A stretch of DNA of 64,000 nucleotides from Candidatus Latescibacterota bacterium (GTDB lineage Bacteria > Latescibacterota > UBA2968 > GCA-2709665). A program made the translations under genes and the position numbers. Every line of letters begins with the position of its first letter. Within the stretch, counting starts at the first letter, position 1. The stretch is taken from positions 1,408,001 through 1,472,000 of the forward strand of contig OZ244937.1 of the NCBI GenBank assembly GCA_965222075.1, written 5' to 3'. The notes under the pieces are model-generated. The model was not told the DNA's origin and did not search any database. It worked only from the letters and a program-made list of their open reading frames with translations. Below are positions 1 through 10,469 of the stretch, piece after piece.

Positions 1-3000
1 TAGGTTCGGCCCGAGCGCAGGCCGGTGATGGTGCGGGTCCGGGCCAGGCCGCTGTCAGGCCAGTCGGTGAAGGCGCCGCTGTCGCGGTACTGCACAAAGT
101 AGTTCGTGATCGCAGGCCCGGTATTGGTCGGCTCGGTCCAGCTCACGGTCAGGCTGTTCTCCGTTTCGTTGCTCACCGTGGGCGGATCGGGCTTGCCCGG
201 CGGTTCATCGACATCTTTCACGGTGACGGTAATCGTCTGTGTTGCCGTCAGATCCCGGGTCCCCGTGCCGCCGGTGGCTGTGACCGCCACGATGTATTCG
301 TTGTCGCTTCCCGCATCGGCCGGACGCTCGAAGTCGGGATCCTCCTTGAAGCGCAGCTCTCTCGTGTTGATAATCTCGAACCGGTCCCCGTCAGCCCCGC
401 CGGTGACCTCGTAGCCGGTGATCTGGTCGTCTCTGTCGACGTCCTCGGCGGCCACCCTGGCGACAACCTGCTCATTTTCCTTGACCGTGAAGGCATCGTC
501 ACTGGTAAAACTCGGCGGTTCGTTCTCATCCGTGACGGTGACGGTGATCGTCTGCTCGGCGGTCAGTGCCCTGCCTCCCGTGCCGCCAGTGGCCGTGACC
601 TCAACGACATAGTTGTTGTTCCTTCCAGTGTCCGTAGGATTCTCGAAGTCCGGGTCATCCTTGAAGGTCAACACGCCTCCGCTGTTGATCTCGAACCGGT
701 CCCGGTCAGCCCCGTCGGTGATGGTATAGGCTTCGATGCGGTCGGCGTTATCGACATCCTCGGCAGTCACCCTGCCGGCAAACGAGTTGTTTTCCGGCGC
801 CTCGAAGGCCGCGTCGCTGGTAAATGTGGGGGCCTCGTTCACATCGTTCAGGTCAATGAACACGGGAATGGTACGACTGCCTTGATGTCCGTCGGTTGCT
901 TTCACACTCACAACATAGCGGGACTTCGTCTCATAGTCGTAGGTCTCATCCCGGTCGGTCCGAAGCTGACCGCTGCTCTCAACGATGGTGAAGGCATCCG
1001 CGTCCTGTCCTTCGAGGCTGTAGGTCAGCGTGGTGTTCTCGGGGTCGGTGGCACCCACTGGATCGCCGATATTCTCTACGCCTTCCATGTTCTCGGCCAA
1101 ACTGCGCGTGGCGCTCGACCCGTCGGTGAACACAGGTAGCTGATTGGGGTTGGTGATTCCCGTGCCGGATGGCGACCATTCGCTCCAGCCTTCGGCGTTG
1201 TGTGCCTGCACCTGCGCCTGGTAGGTCGTGTCCGGTGTCAGGTCCGTGATGGTCGTGGTGCGGTCCGCGCTGTTGTGAGACCAGGAGGTGAAGGCACCGC
1301 TGTCGCCTTCACGGTATTGCACGTTGTAGCGGTCGATATCAGGGCCGGTGTTGACCGGTTCGTCCCAACTCACCGTCAGGCGGGTCGAGGAGGCTGCCTG
1401 GACTCTGGGTGCTGCCGGATCCTCGGGAGGTTCCTGTTCGTCGTTCAGGGCGACCGTCACCTCAATGGTGTTGCTGCCACCCTGACCGTCTTCTACGCGC
1501 ACCACCACCTCATAGCGGTCCTTCTCCTCGTAGTCGTAGGTCTCGCCTGCCCGGGTCTGAAGCTGGTCACCATCGATTGCGAAGGAGGCCCGGTCCTCGC
1601 CTTCGAGGCTATAGCTCAGTGTCCCCCCGTCGCTGTCGGTAGCACTCACCGGGTTGCCGATGTCGCGGGTGCCTGTCGTATTCTCGGCAAAACTGCGCGT
1701 GGTGGTCGAACCATCGTTGAAGGTGGGCGCCTGATTGGCGACGGTCGTCCCATTGCCCGCATCCGACCAGAGGCTGGTTCCTTCGTCACTGGTCGCCTGC
1801 ACCTGAATCTGATAGGCGGTGTTCGACTGCAGGTTCGAAATCGTCGTGGTCCTGCCGGGGCCATCGTGCGTCACAGAGGTGAAGGGGCCACTGGTACCTT
1901 CGCGGTATTGCACATTGTAATCGGTGATGGCCGGCCCGGTGTTGGTCGGGGCCGTCCACCGCACGGTCAGACTGGTCAACGTCGATTCCGTCACCGAAGG
2001 CGGGTCGGGTTGGCCCGGCCGTTCGTTGTCGTCATCGGTCACTTCAATCGTCACCGCGATGGTCGCACGGCCGCCCTGCTCGTCCTCTGCCTCCACTGTC
2101 ACCACATAGCGATCCTGCGCCTCAAAGTTGTAGGTGGCGCCCGTCCTGGTCTGAAGATGACCGCTGCCCGGGTCGATGGTGAACCGATCCGTATCCCCGC
2201 CGGCGAGGCGGTAGCTCACCGTGCGGCCTTCGGGGTCGGTCGCCGTCACGGGATCGCCGATGTCCTGGACGCCAGTCGTGTTCTCTACCAGGCTGCGCGT
2301 TGGCGCGGTCTCGTCGAATACCGGCGGCTGGTTGGCACTGGTGGTCCTGAATCCCGAAGGGGACCACTGGCCCGTACCTTCGTCGTTGTGTGCCTGTACC
2401 TGCACCTCGTAGCGCGTGTTCACCTTCAGGTCCGCAATCGTCGTGGTCGTGCCCGTGTTGTTGTGCGGCCAGGGTAGGAAGCTGCCGCTACCTTCCCGAT
2501 ATTGCACGTCGTAGTCGGTGATGTCGGGACCGGTGTTGACAGGAGCCGTCCACGTCACGGTCAGGCTGGTGGATGAGGCCGGCTGTACACCGGGCCGCGC
2601 CGGCGCTTCGGGCGGTTCGTCCACGTCGGCCACATGGATCGTCACGTCAATGGTGGCATCGCCGCCATAACCGTCGTCCGCTTCCACGGTCACCGCATAG
2701 CTAACTTTCGTCTCGTAGTCGTAGGTGACGCCCGATCGGGTGCGCAACTGCCCGTTGCCTGCGTTGATGGCGAATGAATCGGCATCGGCCCCATTCAATC
2801 GGTAGGTCAGCCGGTGTCCGTCACCATCGGTGGCGCGGACCGGGTGCTGGATGTTTTGACCTGATGCCGTGTTTTCGGCTACGCTGCGGGTGGCGCTCGG
2901 GCCCTCGTCGAAGGTGGGGGCCTGATTGGGACCCGGCGGCGGCGGTGGCGGCGGTGGCGGCCGCTGAGGCGGTGGCGGCGGTGGCGGCGGTGGCGGCGGT

Positions 3001-4514
3001 GGGGGTGATGTCACGACGACCCTGAAGGTGGTTTCCACACGGTTGCCCTGCGCATCAATCGCGGTTATGGTGATGGTCGCACGACCCGGCCTGTTGGAGG
3101 TAATCCTCACCACCGAACCCGAAACGCGCACCGATGCCACATTGGGCTTTGACGAGGACACCTCATATTTCAAGGTGGTCTCAGAACGGAAGAGGCCGGA
3201 CACATTCACTGTCTCTTCACGACCATCCGGATTTAGTGTCTGCGTGTCAACCGAACCGATGACCTCTATGGGCTTGACGAACAGGCGCAGCGGATCGCCC
3301 ACTCCCGTCCGGATACCCCGATAACCTTCCGGCGCCCCGGACACGGACTCCAGGCTTACCACGGTCACGTTGTCCCCACTCTGCGTCACGGTGATGGGTG
3401 TGCTCGTGGTGCTGCCCACTGCGATGGTGGTGTGCGACAGGCTACCGCCCGTAACGGACAGGCGCACACTCATGTTGAACGGCGCACCTTCGGGGAGGGT
3501 GACCCTCACCCTCCCCGGACCGGGTGCAAACACATCCGGCGTATCTGTCCGTTTCAGTGCCAGCATAAGCGGGAAGGGCGCCCCCGGGTTGTGGTCCAAC
3601 CACAGCGATTGCAAGCTGGATAGCCCGGCGAATATACCCTCGGGCAGCGTGTGCAGTTTATTCACATAAAGCAACAGGGTCTGAAGGTCGGACAGGTCGG
3701 AGAACACGCCTCCGGGCAGCGCGGTCAAAGCATTGCCCCCCAGGTCCAGCCGTTGCAGGTTGGACAATTTGGAGAACACGCCTCCGGGCAGGCTGCTCAG
3801 GGCATTGGCGCCAAGCTGGAGGTCTTGCAAGCTGTCCAGACCGGAGAAGATAGCTTTGGGCAACGCAGTCAGACTGTTGCTGCCCAGACGCAGGACGTTC
3901 AGGTTGGACAGGCCGGCAAAATCACCGGCCTTCAAAGCCGTGATCTCCTGCTTTCTCACATTCAGGGTATCCGTGATCGTGCTTAAGTGCGCCTCTGTGA
4001 CCAGCGCGCAGTCCGTGATCTCCGGAATCAGGGATAAGAGCGCATCGCGCACCTGTGGGGTGCGCCCGCAGATCCCCGGCGCGGTCAGCAGCACGGCTAC
4101 GGCAATCTCCTGCGTTGCGCTCCAGCGGCCGTCGTTGGCTGTGACGGTGATGGCTGCACGCCCCACAGCCACAGGGCGGATGGTCACGATGGAATCCGAC
4201 ACGCTGACCGTTGCAATGGCTTTATCGGAGGATGCTGCCGTGTAGGTCAGCGTCCCCTCACCTGGATGGGTGAACGCGCCTGCCACATTCACCACAGCGG
4301 TATCCCCCTCAGTCAGAATCAGGGTCTGCGCAGGAATGACGCCCACAGGCACCGGCCCTCCCACGGGTGTGCCGGAAACAGGGGCTGACCATTCGCTCGC
4401 CCCCTCCTCGTTAAGCGTTCGGATGCGCACCTGATACGCCTGGTCGTTGGTCAGACCCGTGAGCGTGACGCTCGTATCGGTGCGACTGCTCAGGGTTTGC
4501 CCGTCCCCCCATTG
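1..4514 (-). CDS. Giant surface protein, distal part (Fn3 + Ig-like + LRR + poly-Pro linker + alternating cadherin-like/Fn3 repeats); runs off the window edge
   Basis: Manual translation at both ends gives the same frame: QWGDGQTLSSRTDTSVTLTGLTNDQAYQVRIRTLNEEGASEWS at 4514 and TITGLRSGRTY at the window start. LRRs (LSNLQRLDLGGNALTALPGGVFS) at ~3590-3960; cadherin-like motifs (TRSxxEN, YDYE). Absent from the ORF track, consistent with no stop codon in the window. Confidence 0.85.
2933..3005 (-). repeat. GGCGGCGGT-type microsatellite encoding a poly-proline linker
   Basis: Tandem ggcggcggt units read as PPPPP on the minus strand between domains. Confidence 0.85.
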
Positions 4515-5704
4515 CCGCTCTCTCCACCGTTCTCTCCTTGCCCAAGCGCCACCTCATACCCGCTCACCGGGGGCTTGCCGGCTTCGTCGGACGCCGCATC
4601 CCAGCGCACCGCCAATTGGCGATTGCCCGGCGCGATAACCACCTGCGAGGGTGGTGTGGCAGGCGGTTCGGCGATGTCGGTGATGGTGATGCCGACGACG
4701 AGACTGGCGCGGCCCCCCTCACCGTCGCTGACGCGCACGATCACTGAGTAGCTGCTTTGCGCCTCAAAGTCATACGCCCCCTGTGTCCGTATCTGCCCGG
4801 TGCTCGCGTCAATGGCGAAACTGTCCGCATCAGCACCGCTCAAGCTGTAGGCGAGGGTATTGCCATCGGCATCCGTCGCAGAGAGGGGATCACCCATCGG
4901 CTCACCCGCCGGGGTGTTCTCAGCCACAGAACGCGTCACAGGACTTGCCTGCCCGTCGGGCGCAAGCAGGGGCGTTGCGGTGAAGACCGGCACGCGGTTC
5001 ACCGCCTTGCCAAAGCTGTTGGCAAGGATCTCAAAGTCGTCAAACCCAATCTCGCCATCGCTGCTCAGGTCGTACCTTGCATCATACTTCTCATCACCCT
5101 CCTGATACCCGAACGCGCCTGCGAACAGCACAAAGTCGGAAAAATTCACAAGCCCACTCCCGTCAAAGTCCGGGGAAGGGGGCGCAGCGACCTGTAAGGC
5201 AACGCTGAGGGATAGAGTCACCGCCTCGGATTGTTCACCCCGGCCAAGTTCAGCACGCACCAGCCGAATCTCTGTCTCTGAAAACGCATCTGTGGTTCGA
5301 AAACGTATTGTGCCGATCAGGCCCGCGTTCACCGTAGATCCACCCGGGGACGCGATGCCGATCCGGACAAAAGTCGAGTCCTGCTCTACAAGTGCCTGCG
5401 CATTGGGCAAGACATCGCCCGCATCAAATCCCTCGTAAACAACCTGAGTCGAATCGTATTCAAAGCGAACGGAAATACTGCTCGCATCTTGAATACCTGT
5501 GCCAAAAATCTGAATGGGAACAACACGATCGGGAGATACATCCAGAGAGGATACTGCCTGGTCGCCTTGAGAACTATCCAAATCCAGAGAGAGGGAAAAG
5601 CTGCTGGTCTGTGTGGAAAGAGACCATGGAGAAATCAAAAGAAGAAGGCTCAGCACACTGGCGATGCCGAGCGCGAGGGGAAAAAATCTAACAGAGGGTT
5701 TCAT
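4490..5704 (-). CDS. N-terminal part of the giant surface protein (signal peptide, cohesin-like, dockerin/EF-hand-like, cadherin-like, start of Fn3); ended by a frameshift
   Basis: Hydrophobic N-terminus; DFDGSGLVNFSDF and DLSSDGEIGFDDF EF-hand-like motifs; cadherin-like YDFE motif; Fn3 begins and continues in another frame after ~4525. Confidence 0.85.
   Translation of the reverse strand: MKPSVRFFPLALGIASVLSLLLLISPWSLSTQTSSFSLSLDLDSSQGDQAVSSLDVSPDRVVPIQIFGTGIQDASSISVRFEYDSTQVVYEGFDAGDVLPNAQALVEQDSTFVRIGIASPGGSTVNAGLIGTIRFRTTDAFSETEIRLVRAELGRGEQSEAVTLSLSVALQVAAPPSPDFDGSGLVNFSDFVLFAGAFGYQEGDEKYDARYDLSSDGEIGFDDFEILANSFGKAVNRVPVFTATPLLAPDGQASPVTRSVAENTPAGEPMGDPLSATDADGNTLAYSLSGADADSFAIDASTGQIRTQGAYDFEAQSSYSVIVRVSDGEGGRASLVVGITITDIAEPPATPPSQVVIAPGNRQLAVRWDAASDEAGKPPVSGYEVALGQGENGGESGNGGTGKP
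4944..4970. repeat. Degenerate 27-bp CCTGYCTG/CAGRCAGG palindrome within a CDS
   Basis: cttgcctgcccgtcgggcgcaagcagg; encodes LLAPDGQAS, which is absent from sibling cadherin-repeat starts. Confidence 0.55.
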
Positions 5705-5820
5705 ACATCAACCCACCGGGATGCCCAAATCGTCCAAAAGACCGTTGGAAAGGCCTCATTGTGGTATGGCCGAAAATACTGTATTGCGTTCCAAAAATAT
5801 AGCAAAGGGAGTGAGATTTA

Positions 5821-6426
5821 TCAATCCTCCACCCCCCCATCTACCTCCTGCAGGGCAGCTTCATAGTCCTCCGGGCTGTTCACGTTTCGCAGCGACCGGA
5901 GAGCCGGATCCACACCCCGCAGATCTTCTACCGGGACACGCCGAGCCAGACACTGATCGGGCAAGAGGCTCAGGCGCAGGCGATCCTGGCGGAGCAGATC
6001 CTGGATCCTGGATAAGACCGAAATCCGGTAGACCGCCGATAAGGGATGCGCCAGACCGCCTTCCTGGGGAACCACGGCCTCCCATTCCCCAAGCAGGCCA
6101 ATCAGATGGCGCACAAAAGCAGGCCGTAAAAGGGGCACGTCGCAGGAGGAGACATAGGCGGCCTCGACCTGCCCGGACAGGGCCGAGAATCCCGTTGCCA
6201 GGCCCTGCAGGGGGCCTTTCCCCGCGCTTTCATCTCGCACCAGGGCCACCGCTGGAGGAAGGGGGGGCACCTCCTGTGCGGGGGCGGCCACCACAACCAG
6301 AGGGTCTACAACCTCCCCCAGCACCCGGACGACCCGCTGCAGCATCCGCTCCCCATCAAACGGGAGCCAGGCCTTGGGGGTGCCCATCCGCCGGCTTTCG
6401 CCGCCGCAGAGCACGATTCCCCCCAT
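5821..6426 (-). CDS. mobA: Molybdenum cofactor guanylyltransferase-like NTP transferase
   Basis: LCGGESRRMGTPKA, GPLQG, CDVP and NVNSPED motifs; start placed at MGGIVL. Confidence 0.8.
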   Translation of the reverse strand: MGGIVLCGGESRRMGTPKAWLPFDGERMLQRVVRVLGEVVDPLVVVAAPAQEVPPLPPAVALVRDESAGKGPLQGLATGFSALSGQVEAAYVSSCDVPLLRPAFVRHLIGLLGEWEAVVPQEGGLAHPLSAVYRISVLSRIQDLLRQDRLRLSLLPDQCLARRVPVEDLRGVDPALRSLRNVNSPEDYEAALQEVDGGVED

Positions 6427-6479
6427 GGGAAGATTTCGGATTTCGGATTTCAAGGCTTTCGCGCCGTAAAATCTACCGT

Positions 6480-6911
6480 TCAGATATCTAAAATCACAAA
6501 CGCCTCCCAGCCCCGTTCCGTCTCCCCCACCCAAAAGCGATGGAGCGTCACTGCTTTCACATCCACGATCAGGTCGTGGCGGTGCATATCCAGCTCCTCG
6601 CCCGCCAGGTCCGCAGATGCCCGGAAGGTCTCCCCCTCCTGTTCAATCCGAACCGTTTCCGCCCGGAGCAGCAGCCGTTCGGCGTCTTTATAGAAAATGA
6701 ACTCCTGCAAAAAGTTGAACAACAGGAGGTCTGAGGCCTCCGCTTCGACCTGGACGGACCGACGCGTCCGCTTCGCAACCGTCTCCAGGTCCTCCACCAT
6801 CACGTTCATCGTGGCCTCTGCCGCCGCCACGAACATGGCCTCTACCGTATCGCCCCAGGCCTCAAAGGCCACATCGGCAATCGCCACATCTTCAAGAAAC
6901 CGATAAGACAT
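6480..6911 (-). CDS. Archease (RtcB activator)
   Basis: N-terminal ADVAFEAWG, C-terminal VKAVTLH...ILDI; same operon as rtcB. Confidence 0.9.
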   Translation of the reverse strand: MSYRFLEDVAIADVAFEAWGDTVEAMFVAAAEATMNVMVEDLETVAKRTRRSVQVEAEASDLLLFNFLQEFIFYKDAERLLLRAETVRIEQEGETFRASADLAGEELDMHRHDLIVDVKAVTLHRFWVGETERGWEAFVILDI

Positions 6912-6939
6912 TCAATATATTCCATTGTGCCACAAAAGT

Positions 6940-7827
6940 TTATACCTCACAATCCTGAAGCTTGTTCAGGACCGATTCCCGCACCTCCTCCGCCCCCTTC
7001 CCGATAAAGACCAGCTCTGTCTGATCCGCCTCAAACGGCTCCAACTCCCAGTGCCCGGCCACAAAGTTGAACAAAAAATCCCCGTCGGCACACCGCAGGA
7101 ACCCCTTGGCCCGGTATATCTGCGGCGAAAGGCGGGCGGCCACCGATTCAAACCGCGACCGGTCCAGGGAGCTGTTCGAACGGTACACAAAGGAGCCGAT
7201 CTCCGAATCGTGATGGTGGCCCACGCCCGGCGCGGGACGGCTGCGGCCGGCCATGTCCATCCCGAAAAGGAGCGAGGGGTCCACCTCGCACCGGAGCGTT
7301 CGCAACTTCGCCGCATCCGGGTTGACCGCGCAGAGGCGGGCCTCAACAGCCTCCAGGTCGCCCTGGGACACCAGATCGAGCTTGTTGACCAGAACCACGT
7401 CGGCGGCCTCGAACTGCGCCCGGGTCACGTAGCCCAGGTCCGGAAACCGGACCATCCCGTCCGCGTCTGCAATCACAATCACGCTGTCTAAGCGGACCTC
7501 CGGCAGGCTGTCCTCCACATCGAAGATCACCGCATCCGGTTCGGCCACGCCGGTGGTCTCCACCACGATCAACGCCGGCCCTACCCTCTGGGTAATCTCC
7601 CGCACCGCAGCCTCGAATTCGCCCACCAGGGAACAGCAGACGCAGCCCCCGGCCAGCTCGGTCATCTGGATATGTTCGCCCTGTACGACCCGGCTGTCGA
7701 TCGCGATCTCCCCGAATTCGTTCATCAGAATGGCGATCTTCCGGTCTGCGTGGGCGATCAGGTGGCGCAGCAGCGTCGTCTTCCCGCTCCCCAGTGCGCC
7801 GGAGATAAGGATCATCGGCGTTTTCAT
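6940..7827 (-). CDS. COG0523/CobW-family G3E GTPase metallochaperone
   Basis: GALGSGKT, NEFGE, GCVCC, ETTG, NKLD; CobW_C-like RAKG...LVFIG; short His cluster. Confidence 0.9.
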   Translation of the reverse strand: MKTPMILISGALGSGKTTLLRHLIAHADRKIAILMNEFGEIAIDSRVVQGEHIQMTELAGGCVCCSLVGEFEAAVREITQRVGPALIVVETTGVAEPDAVIFDVEDSLPEVRLDSVIVIADADGMVRFPDLGYVTRAQFEAADVVLVNKLDLVSQGDLEAVEARLCAVNPDAAKLRTLRCEVDPSLLFGMDMAGRSRPAPGVGHHHDSEIGSFVYRSNSSLDRSRFESVAARLSPQIYRAKGFLRCADGDFLFNFVAGHWELEPFEADQTELVFIGKGAEEVRESVLNKLQDCEV

Positions 7828-7830
7828 TCC

Positions 7831-9288
7831 CTACCCTTTCACATTCCCAATCGGAATAAACCGCACCACCCGCCGGCTGATGCCTGCCTGCCGGGTGACG
7901 TTGATCACCTCGTCGATATCCTTGTAGGCCCCGCCCGCCTCTTCGGCCAGGCCCCGGAAGGAGACGGTGCGCACGTAGATCCCCCGCTGTTCCATCTCCT
8001 GCTGCAGCCGCTTCCCGTGGAACTGCTTCCGGGCGCGGGTGCGGCTCATCGTGCGCCCGCTGCCGTGGGCCGTGGAGAAGAAAGTCTGCGCCCCGCTTTC
8101 CACCCCCGCCAGGAGGTAAGACCCGGTCTCCATGCTCCCGCCGATAATCACCGGCTGGCCCACCTGCCGGTAGCACTGCGGCAGATCCGCCATCCCGGGC
8201 CCGAAGGCCCGGGTCGCGCCCTTCCGGTGGACCAGCACCTCCCTCTCCGTCCCATCCACAACGTGCCGCTCCAGCTTGGCCGTGTTGTGGGCCACATCGT
8301 AGACCATGCGCATCCCCATCTCCTCCGCACTGCGCCCCAGCACCTCGGAAAAAACCTCCCGGATGCGGTGCAGGATAACCTGTCGGTTGGCCAATGACAT
8401 ATTAACACCACATCTCATCGCAGCGAAATAGTCCTGCCCCTCCGGCGACCGGAACGGCGCGCAGGCCAGCTCCCGGTCCCGGACCTGGATGCCGTACTTG
8501 CTCTGCATGGCCTTCAAAAAGAGCTGCAGGTAGTCGGTAGCTACCTGGTGCCCGAACCCCCGGCTGCCGCAGTGGAACATCACGACCACCTGGTCCGGGA
8601 CCGTTATCCCGAAGGCCTCGGCCGTTTTTTTGTCGTAAACGAACTCCGGTTTGGCCACCTGGATCTCCAGATAGTGGTTGCCGGACCCCAGCGTGCCAAT
8701 CTGTTTGAACCCGCGCTCCACGGCCTTCCGGCTGACCCTGGAGGCGTCCGCCCCGGCGATGCAGCCCCCTTCCTCGGTCCGCTCCAGGTCCTCTTCCCAA
8801 CCATACCCCTTTTTCACACACCACCGGGCGCCCTCTTCAACAACCGTCCGGAACGCGTTGTGGGACAGCTTGAGGAATCCGGTACTGCCCACCCCGGCCG
8901 GCACGCGTTCAAAGAGTCTGTCCACCAGCTTCTTCAGGTGGGGTTTCACTTCGTCGTGGGTCAGATTTGTGGTGACCAGGCGCATCCCGCAGCAAATATC
9001 AAACCCGATTCCGCCGGGCGAAATCACCCCCTCTTCCGCATCCATCGCCGCCACCCCCCCAATGGGGAACCCGTAGCCCCAGTGCCCGTCCGGCATGCAG
9101 TAGGCGTACTTCAAGATCCCCGGCAGCGTGGCCACATTGGTGACCTGGTCGATCACCCCCTCATCCATCTCCCCCATCAGCTTTTCGGTCGCATAAATAC
9201 GTGCGGGTACCCGCATCCCCTCTTTGTAGGAGGTTGGGATCTCCCAGATCGTATCCGAAATCTTTTGCGCCGCAGACGGAATCGGCAT
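7831..9288 (-). CDS. rtcB: RNA-splicing/repair ligase RtcB
   Basis: PDGHWGYGFPIG, GNHYLE, HCGSRG, HNTAK, HRKGAT, HGSGR, terminal KG. Confidence 0.95.
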   Translation of the reverse strand: MPIPSAAQKISDTIWEIPTSYKEGMRVPARIYATEKLMGEMDEGVIDQVTNVATLPGILKYAYCMPDGHWGYGFPIGGVAAMDAEEGVISPGGIGFDICCGMRLVTTNLTHDEVKPHLKKLVDRLFERVPAGVGSTGFLKLSHNAFRTVVEEGARWCVKKGYGWEEDLERTEEGGCIAGADASRVSRKAVERGFKQIGTLGSGNHYLEIQVAKPEFVYDKKTAEAFGITVPDQVVVMFHCGSRGFGHQVATDYLQLFLKAMQSKYGIQVRDRELACAPFRSPEGQDYFAAMRCGVNMSLANRQVILHRIREVFSEVLGRSAEEMGMRMVYDVAHNTAKLERHVVDGTEREVLVHRKGATRAFGPGMADLPQCYRQVGQPVIIGGSMETGSYLLAGVESGAQTFFSTAHGSGRTMSRTRARKQFHGKRLQQEMEQRGIYVRTVSFRGLAEEAGGAYKDIDEVINVTRQAGISRRVVRFIPIGNVKG

Positions 9289-9491
9289 GGCCTCCTCCTC
9301 TTTCAGATCACCTGTGGTGGCCGCTCTTTGCGTAGTGCCTGCGCAGCATGGGAACTCCTGGTGGGAACATAATACCAGTCCAGGCGTTCCACATCTTTAA
9401 GAAGCTGCAAACCGGCTGGTCTATAAATATATCCTGTGTCCGGCCAATGGTCCAGAAGATTTGTCGATGTCACCCCCCGGGAGGACGCAAC

Positions 9492-10373
9492 ATGACGGGA
9501 GGCGTATCCATCGTGCTGCTGATAGCCGCATCGTTCTGCATGTTCTCCGCAACAGGCTGCGGCACGGTCCCCCCGGACGGGCCGCAGGAAGGCGAGGTTT
9601 TCACCGCGGCGCTCCCGGACAGTACGAGGATGGCGTTTGTCTGGATCGAGTCCGGGTCATTTGTCATGGGGTCGTCCAATTTTGAACAGGGACGGTTTCC
9701 GGACGAGAGCCCGCAGCATACAGTCATCATAAGCGAGGGGTTCTACATCGGAAAATTTGAGGTAACACAGGGGCAGTGGACGGCGGTGATGGACACCTAT
9801 CCCTGGCGCCTGCGTCTCCCTGCCCAGGGGCCAAGAGACTATGTTGTGGAACACCCGGACCACCCTGCGGTGTATATCTCCTGGCACCTTGCACAGGCTT
9901 TCATCCAGAGGTTGAACGAGACCGCCGGAGATTCGCTCTACCGGCTGCCCACCGAGGCGGAATGGGAGTATGCGGCGAGGGCCGGGACGATTACGGCGTG
10001 GTCGTTTGGGAACAATGAAAGCAGAATGAAAGATTATGGGTGGTACCTGGACAACGCCTGGGTCAGCGATCAGGAGGATGAGGGGGAGAAGTATGCGCAC
10101 AGGGTGGGCACCAGGCTGCCCAATCCCTGGGAACTGCACGACATGCACGGGAACGTATGCGAGTGGGTACAGGACTGGTATTCGGAGACCTACTACAGCG
10201 TCTCCCCCCCCGAAGACCCCACCGGCCTCCCATCGGGCAGGTACCGCGTCCTTCGGGGTGGCGCCTTCAACAACAATGCCGCACGGACAAGATCGGCCCG
10301 GCGCAGCGGCCTCCCTCCGGAGTTTATGGGGAACGGAAGCATCGGCTTCCGATTGGTGAGGCGGGCGGATTGA
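9492..10373 (+). CDS. FGE-sulfatase (SUMF1) domain lipoprotein
   Basis: Lipobox-like ATGC; FVMGS, EVTQGQW, RLPTEAEWEYAARAG, DMHGNVCEW, RGGAF, IGFRL. Confidence 0.88.
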   Translation: MTGGVSIVLLIAASFCMFSATGCGTVPPDGPQEGEVFTAALPDSTRMAFVWIESGSFVMGSSNFEQGRFPDESPQHTVIISEGFYIGKFEVTQGQWTAVMDTYPWRLRLPAQGPRDYVVEHPDHPAVYISWHLAQAFIQRLNETAGDSLYRLPTEAEWEYAARAGTITAWSFGNNESRMKDYGWYLDNAWVSDQEDEGEKYAHRVGTRLPNPWELHDMHGNVCEWVQDWYSETYYSVSPPEDPTGLPSGRYRVLRGGAFNNNAARTRSARRSGLPPEFMGNGSIGFRLVRRAD

Positions 10374-10469
10374 TGGATTGAACCTTTTTTTGAACGGATA
10401 TATGAAAAATTGTTCAAATATTAAATTATTTAGACACAAAGCACAGCGTGAGAAAAAAACAAAGCCCGA

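Noticed and set aside
106-4245. Many plus-strand ORFs, e.g. 1200..2477 (425 aa)
   Set aside because: Antisense shadows of the high-GC repeat protein on the minus strand
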